Assembly (NCBI GenBank): GCA_030523325.1
Contig: JAUNIS010000001.1
Span: 70,251 to 134,250, forward strand
Length of the DNA: 64,000 bases
Reading direction: 5' to 3'
From: Phascolarctobacterium sp.
GTDB lineage: Bacteria; Bacillota; Negativicutes; Acidaminococcales; Acidaminococcaceae
Shown: positions 60,151 to 64,000 of the stretch, piece by piece
Layout: each line of letters starts with the position of its first letter
How positions within the stretch are numbered: the first letter of the stretch is position 1
Notes under the pieces: generated by a model
Database searches by the model: none
Told to the model about the DNA's origin: nothing
The model's input: only the letters and a program-made list of their open reading frames with translations
Made by a program: the position numbers and the translations under genes

Positions 60151-61185
60151 TTATTCTTTAATTTTTTCTTGTAATTCAGCTAATTGTTTTTCTAATTGTT
60201 TTACTTTTTTAAACATGTCGCCCGCTTTACGCAGTGTTGCTTCTTGTCTGAGCCAATCTCTATAAGCAACTGCAGGGAAGCCGGCTAATTGAGAATTAGA
60301 GGGAACATCGTTAATAATACCTGCTCGACCAGCCATCAAGCAATTATCACCAATTTTAATATGACCAGTGGTCGCCGCTTGACCCGCAAACGTACAATTA
60401 TTACCAATGGTAACAGAACCAGAAATGCCAACATGAGCACAGAAGAGACAGTTCTCCCCGACAACATCGTTGTGACCAAGTTGAACTAAATTGTCAAGCT
60501 TAGTACCATTACCAACGATGGTACTATCAACTGTTGCTCTGTCGATAGTTGTGTTAGAACCAATTTCTACATCATCACCAAGTATTACGTTACCAGTTTG
60601 AGGAACCTTGATTTGCCTGCCGCCTTGATTAACATAACCAAAACCGTCACCACCGATAACACAACCACTTTGTAAAATGACACGCTTACCAATTACGCAG
60701 TCCTCGCGAACAGTTACGTTTGGATAAACAACGCAGTTCTCCCCCATCTTAACTCGCTTGCCGATATAAGTATGAGGATAAATTACGCAGCCATCACCAA
60801 TCTCCGCGCCTGCTTCGATATAGGCGAAGGCTTGAATGGCAACGTTCTTGCCAATTTTTGCTAAAGGAGAAACGAACGCATATTGACTAACAACTCGTTC
60901 GACTTCTTCTTGAGCACGGAAAAGCTCGAGCAAAGCTACGAAAGCAGCTCGGGGATTTTCTACGCGAATAACAGGTCTGTCAGTAAGTCCTGCATCATTC
61001 GGACTTAAAACCATAACGCCTGCTCTTGATTTATGGCAATGCTCAACATATGGAGGAACAGCAAAAGAAATGTCTTGAGGACCAGCTTCTACCAAGCCAT
61101 TGACACCGGTAATTTTTAAGTCCGGGTTATCATTTTCATAAGTACCGTGTAAGAATTCAGCTAATTCTTGTACGCTTTTTTCCAT
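60151..61185 (-). CDS. lpxD: UDP-3-O-acylglucosamine N-acyltransferase
   Basis: 344 aa. Long left-handed beta-helix hexapeptide repeats, helical C-terminus. Canonical position upstream of the lpxC/fabZ/lpxA genes. Confidence 0.9.
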   Translation of the reverse strand: MEKSVQELAEFLHGTYENDNPDLKITGVNGLVEAGPQDISFAVPPYVEHCHKSRAGVMVLSPNDAGLTDRPVIRVENPRAAFVALLELFRAQEEVERVVSQYAFVSPLAKIGKNVAIQAFAYIEAGAEIGDGCVIYPHTYIGKRVKMGENCVVYPNVTVREDCVIGKRVILQSGCVIGGDGFGYVNQGGRQIKVPQTGNVILGDDVEIGSNTTIDRATVDSTIVGNGTKLDNLVQLGHNDVVGENCLFCAHVGISGSVTIGNNCTFAGQAATTGHIKIGDNCLMAGRAGIINDVPSNSQLAGFPAVAYRDWLRQEATLRKAGDMFKKVKQLEKQLAELQEKIKE

Positions 61186-61226
61186 CTTTTTCTCCTGACG
61201 TAGTCCAAAGAAAATCTTGGACTAGC

Positions 61227-61637
61227 TTATTTCATTTTTTCGATTACTTCTTTAGTTACATCGGTGCCACCTTGAGGCACGGCTTGTTTAGCCAAGATAG
61301 CGCCGAGATTTTTTTCTTTAGCAACTTGAGATAAGGCAGTGTCCAAGCTGGATTTCATTTTATTTTGAGCCTCGCTCTTTACGAGATTAGCTTTTGCTTC
61401 AAATTCACCCATCAGTTTTTTAGCTTCTTCCTCGGATTTAGCTTCTCTGAGTGCTTTTTCAGCTTCGCCTTGCATTTCTTTTAATTTTTTAACAGTGTCT
61501 TCACGAGTAGTTTTAATGGTAACTGCTTCCTTTTCAACCTTTTGCAGGTCGACAACACCGAATTCTGCGTTACGACCGCTGCAACCAAAGGTCAGCATGC
61601 TTGCAGCAATCATTAAGCCAGCAATAATTTTTTTCAT
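61227..61637 (-). CDS. skp: OmpH/Skp-family periplasmic chaperone (lipoprotein-like signal FGCSG)
   Basis: About 136 aa. Signal peptide then a K/E-rich helical hairpin. ATG at 61637. Confidence 0.7.
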   Translation of the reverse strand: MKKIIAGLMIAASMLTFGCSGRNAEFGVVDLQKVEKEAVTIKTTREDTVKKLKEMQGEAEKALREAKSEEEAKKLMGEFEAKANLVKSEAQNKMKSSLDTALSQVAKEKNLGAILAKQAVPQGGTDVTKEVIEKMK

Positions 61638-61648
61638 AATATAAAACC

Positions 61649-62578
61649 TCACTTATTATCTTTTTTTATCTTTTTGAGATCGCCGATAATATCGTTAGTA
61701 ATATCGTCAGCGTTAACATTCGCTTTAAATTGGTTAAAGACTATGGAATAACCACGTTTTTTGGCAAGGTCGACAGCAGCCTGCTCGATATCCGTTGAAA
61801 TTTCCTTGCGCAGCTTAGCATTTTTGTTCTGCTGTTTATCGATTTCCTTATCCATAATCTCGAAGGCTTGCTTTAAGCTGCTAGGTGCATCAGCCATAAG
61901 CTGCGCATCTCTGTCGAGATTACTATTCATCTCAGCACTTGCTTTTTGCTGCAGCTTTACTTCTTGTTCGGCAAGTCTTGCTTTAACCTGCTCTAGGTAA
62001 GGAGCTGTCTTTTGTGCAACGATAACCTTTTTTTCTTGCGTCAACTGAGCAAGACGAGTATCGCGCAAAGCTTTTGTCTCTGCAACTTTTTTTTCATACT
62101 CAGCTTTAACTTCTGGCTTTAAGGTAACGTTACCCATCTTCAGCTCAAGATTAAAGATCTCTAACTGGTAGTCCTTTTCGATTTGATTCTTGCGTTCAGC
62201 AAGCATTTCATCGGCCTCGGACTCGTAAATTTTTATTTTTCTTTGCAGTAAATCGTTTTCATACGTACGCATTTGTAACATGCGCGTGTTGATATCTGCA
62301 AGGTGATAATTTTGTTCACTAATCTTTTTAAGTGTTTGCAACTTGCTTAAGCTAGACATTTGCGTGCGAGCTATGTTCTCTTGATATTTTCTTCTTTGCA
62401 CTAATTCCTTGAGAATTTTCTCGCCAGTTTTAAGCTTGGCATCAAGAGGATGAGCGCTTACCGCTTTCTCCCAATTGACAACTGCAATCTTTCCCTGTTT
62501 ATTACTGTCATTTGCGCAGCCGGATACCAAAAGAGCTAGGACTACGCATAAACTAATTTTTAAAAAATCCTTACTCAT
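61649..62578 (-). CDS. Extended OmpH/Skp-like coiled-coil lipoprotein
   Basis: 309 aa with lipobox LVSGCAN. The helical region is roughly twice Skp length. Skp-like ends (IAVVNWEKA...; RGYSIVFNQ). Confidence 0.6.
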   Translation of the reverse strand: MSKDFLKISLCVVLALLVSGCANDSNKQGKIAVVNWEKAVSAHPLDAKLKTGEKILKELVQRRKYQENIARTQMSSLSKLQTLKKISEQNYHLADINTRMLQMRTYENDLLQRKIKIYESEADEMLAERKNQIEKDYQLEIFNLELKMGNVTLKPEVKAEYEKKVAETKALRDTRLAQLTQEKKVIVAQKTAPYLEQVKARLAEQEVKLQQKASAEMNSNLDRDAQLMADAPSSLKQAFEIMDKEIDKQQNKNAKLRKEISTDIEQAAVDLAKKRGYSIVFNQFKANVNADDITNDIIGDLKKIKKDNK

Positions 62579-62644
62579 AGGTGCTCCTTTCTAAACAGTA
62601 AATGAGGCCCATTTTTCAGGGCCTCAGATAAGGCTAATTATTGA

Positions 62645-63133
62645 TTATTTTTTCGCGCTTTGCAAGGATTTAGCAACTTCGTCAGTAATATCTACGCCAC
62701 CATAAATAACGCCGCTTTTTTCAACTACGACAGAGAGACCTTTTTTATCAGCTACTTTTTTAATGGCAGCTTCGATATTTTTCATAAGAGGATCCATCAA
62801 TTCTTTTTCTTTGTTAGCAATGCGTTCTTGCAATTGTTGATAGTAACGTTGTTTTTCTTGGTCGTTCATGTTAGCGGATTTTTCATCAAAATCTTTCCTT
62901 GCGCTTTCAACTTCAGCTTGCATAGCTGTGCGAACATTAGCTAATTCAGGACTTTGCGTAACGATCATTTGATAATTTACTACGCCAATAGCAGATTCAC
63001 TTTGAGCTGCGCTAGCCATTTTGCTAAAACCACTTTGGGTAAGAGAAAGAGCAAAGCAACCAAGCACGAAGATTGCTGCAATGAAAAGAGAAACTAATTT
63101 TACGTTTTTCGGATTACGAAGATGTTGCATCAT
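62645..63133 (-). CDS. skp: OmpH/Skp-family periplasmic chaperone
   Basis: 162 aa. Signal/TM, IGVVNYQMI start, KKGLSVVVEKSGVIYGG end, as is typical of Skp. Confidence 0.75.
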   Translation of the reverse strand: MMQHLRNPKNVKLVSLFIAAIFVLGCFALSLTQSGFSKMASAAQSESAIGVVNYQMIVTQSPELANVRTAMQAEVESARKDFDEKSANMNDQEKQRYYQQLQERIANKEKELMDPLMKNIEAAIKKVADKKGLSVVVEKSGVIYGGVDITDEVAKSLQSAKK

Positions 63134-63270
63134 AATATGGTACCTTCCTTTGTAAATTAAAATTATAACTAAAATTTGTAAACATAGTCATCTAGGATAT
63201 TATATCATTATCGGGGTTTGCTTTCAATGTTTTGCAAACATTTGCAAGAGTAAATTGTTTAAGCAAATAG

Positions 63271-64000
63271 TTAAAGATTACCGATAATTCTTAAATATGA
63301 TTCGTGACCGTCATAAACGTATTCGGCACTTAAGAATTCGTGAATGCGATAGCGCACACCGAATTCGTTGCGATCTCTACTGCTAAAATGTTCTGCACGC
63401 AGTCGCCACTTAGGACCGAAGACATATTCGAAGCGATAATCGTTTTCACCCTTGGGCATGCGTCGACCATAAGTCCAGCGACTCTTGCCCCAGTCACGAG
63501 TTGCGCCGAGAGTAAAGTTCCAGTCCATTTCTTGAGTTACAAGCTCAACCTCACCAAAAATTTCGTCCCTGCCGGAAATATATTTGCCGATATGTGCCTT
63601 GCCGGAAAGATTGTCATCCTTACGACCTAAGTCGGCATAACCTTCGAACCAAGCTCTATATTCCTTCGAGGCAAGCATGATATTAATGATTAAATTGCTT
63701 CCTGGAATAATTTCTATCTGAGGAGTAAGATTGTAGTCGTGAATCTCGGACTCTTTTTTTAATTCTTCCGTCAAACTATAGGCGATCTCGTCCTTATGTT
63801 TTTTTACATAATCTATTGGCAAGCCTCGCAACATGTCACAGGTATTGTGATATTTATCCTTAAGTTTAAAAAGAAGAACGTTAGGAATATCCTCGCTACG
63901 CAATTCGTAAGTTATTTCACGCACGACCTGCCCCACAGGATAAACGACTACCTGAACGATAGTGCCATCATTTTCTTGCACAAGATCGACAGCCGCTTTA
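63271..64000 (-). CDS. Outer-membrane assembly-related protein, C-terminal part (TamB/DUF490-like or Omp85-related); ORF continues past the right edge
   Basis: The frame is open from 63271 to nt 64000; the codons upstream of the track's GTG read ...KAAVDLVQEND. The C-terminus has alternating beta pattern KWRLRAEHFSSRDRNEFGVRYRIHEF. Position upstream of the skp genes. Confidence 0.4.
   Translation of the reverse strand, partial: KAAVDLVQENDGTIVQVVVYPVGQVVREITYELRSEDIPNVLLFKLKDKYHNTCDMLRGLPIDYVKKHKDEIAYSLTEELKKESEIHDYNLTPQIEIIPGSNLIINIMLASKEYRAWFEGYADLGRKDDNLSGKAHIGKYISGRDEIFGEVELVTQEMDWNFTLGATRDWGKSRWTYGRRMPKGENDYRFEYVFGPKWRLRAEHFSSRDRNEFGVRYRIHEFLSAEYVYDGHESYLRIIGNL

Overview
This is a 64-kb chromosomal window from a low-GC diderm Firmicute, probably Negativicutes or Veillonellaceae-like. 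That call is an inference from three things: a complete lipid A/Kdo/Lpt/Skp outer-membrane cluster, an SLH-domain OmpM-type porin, and Firmicute-style GGAGG ribosome-binding sites with a T-box leader. Every gene except sfsA is on the minus strand.

Layout from left to right:
- (1) AT-rich accessory pair at the left edge: a TerB-like protein and a membrane coiled-coil protein, next to a tRNA His-Gln-Lys-Lys operon.
- (2) Serine uptake and deamination operon: Na+/solute symporter, HutP-like protein, sdaAB, sdaAA, ridA.
- (3) Tightly overlapping 9-gene redox operon, hdrB-hdrC-hdrA-mvhD plus three Flx-like Fe-S/flavin subunits, ending in a soluble FrdB/FrdA-like pair.
- (4) Singleton genes (LRAT/NlpC-P60 protein, sfsA, nitroreductase, ppiB, a membrane protein), with two tandem covarying long hairpins between the nitroreductase gene and ppiB.
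- (5) leuA behind a Leu T-box, then a repeat-rich intergenic region and two tRNA-Leu genes.
- (6) Housekeeping block: lytic transglycosylase, coaE, mutM, polA.
- (7) Secreted bicupin and a Cys-rich protein, then a substrate-binding protein (SBP), an SLH porin, a second SBP and a hybrid histidine kinase.
- (8) AT-rich ~4.5-kb island next to two tRNA-Ser genes: a nucleotidyltransferase-fold (NTase) protein with a small partner, a C26 amidotransferase, and an AAA ATPase with a PD-(D/E)xK tail. The island is framed by two short repeat families.
- (9) The ~22-kb outer-membrane (OM) biogenesis cluster: lptFG-like, lptB/A/C, lpxL-like, kdsCDAB, a waaA-lpxK fusion, msbA, lpxB/I/A, fabZ, lpxC, a second acyltransferase, lpxD, three skp paralogues, and a partial OM-assembly gene at the right edge.

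The best candidates for something undescribed are the tandem covarying hairpins (17.87-18.12 kb) with their relatives at 22.0-22.3 kb, the Hdr/Flx/Frd-like operon, the tRNA-Ser island, and the SBP-porin-SBP-kinase locus. All functional calls come from motif recognition by eye. No database search was run.
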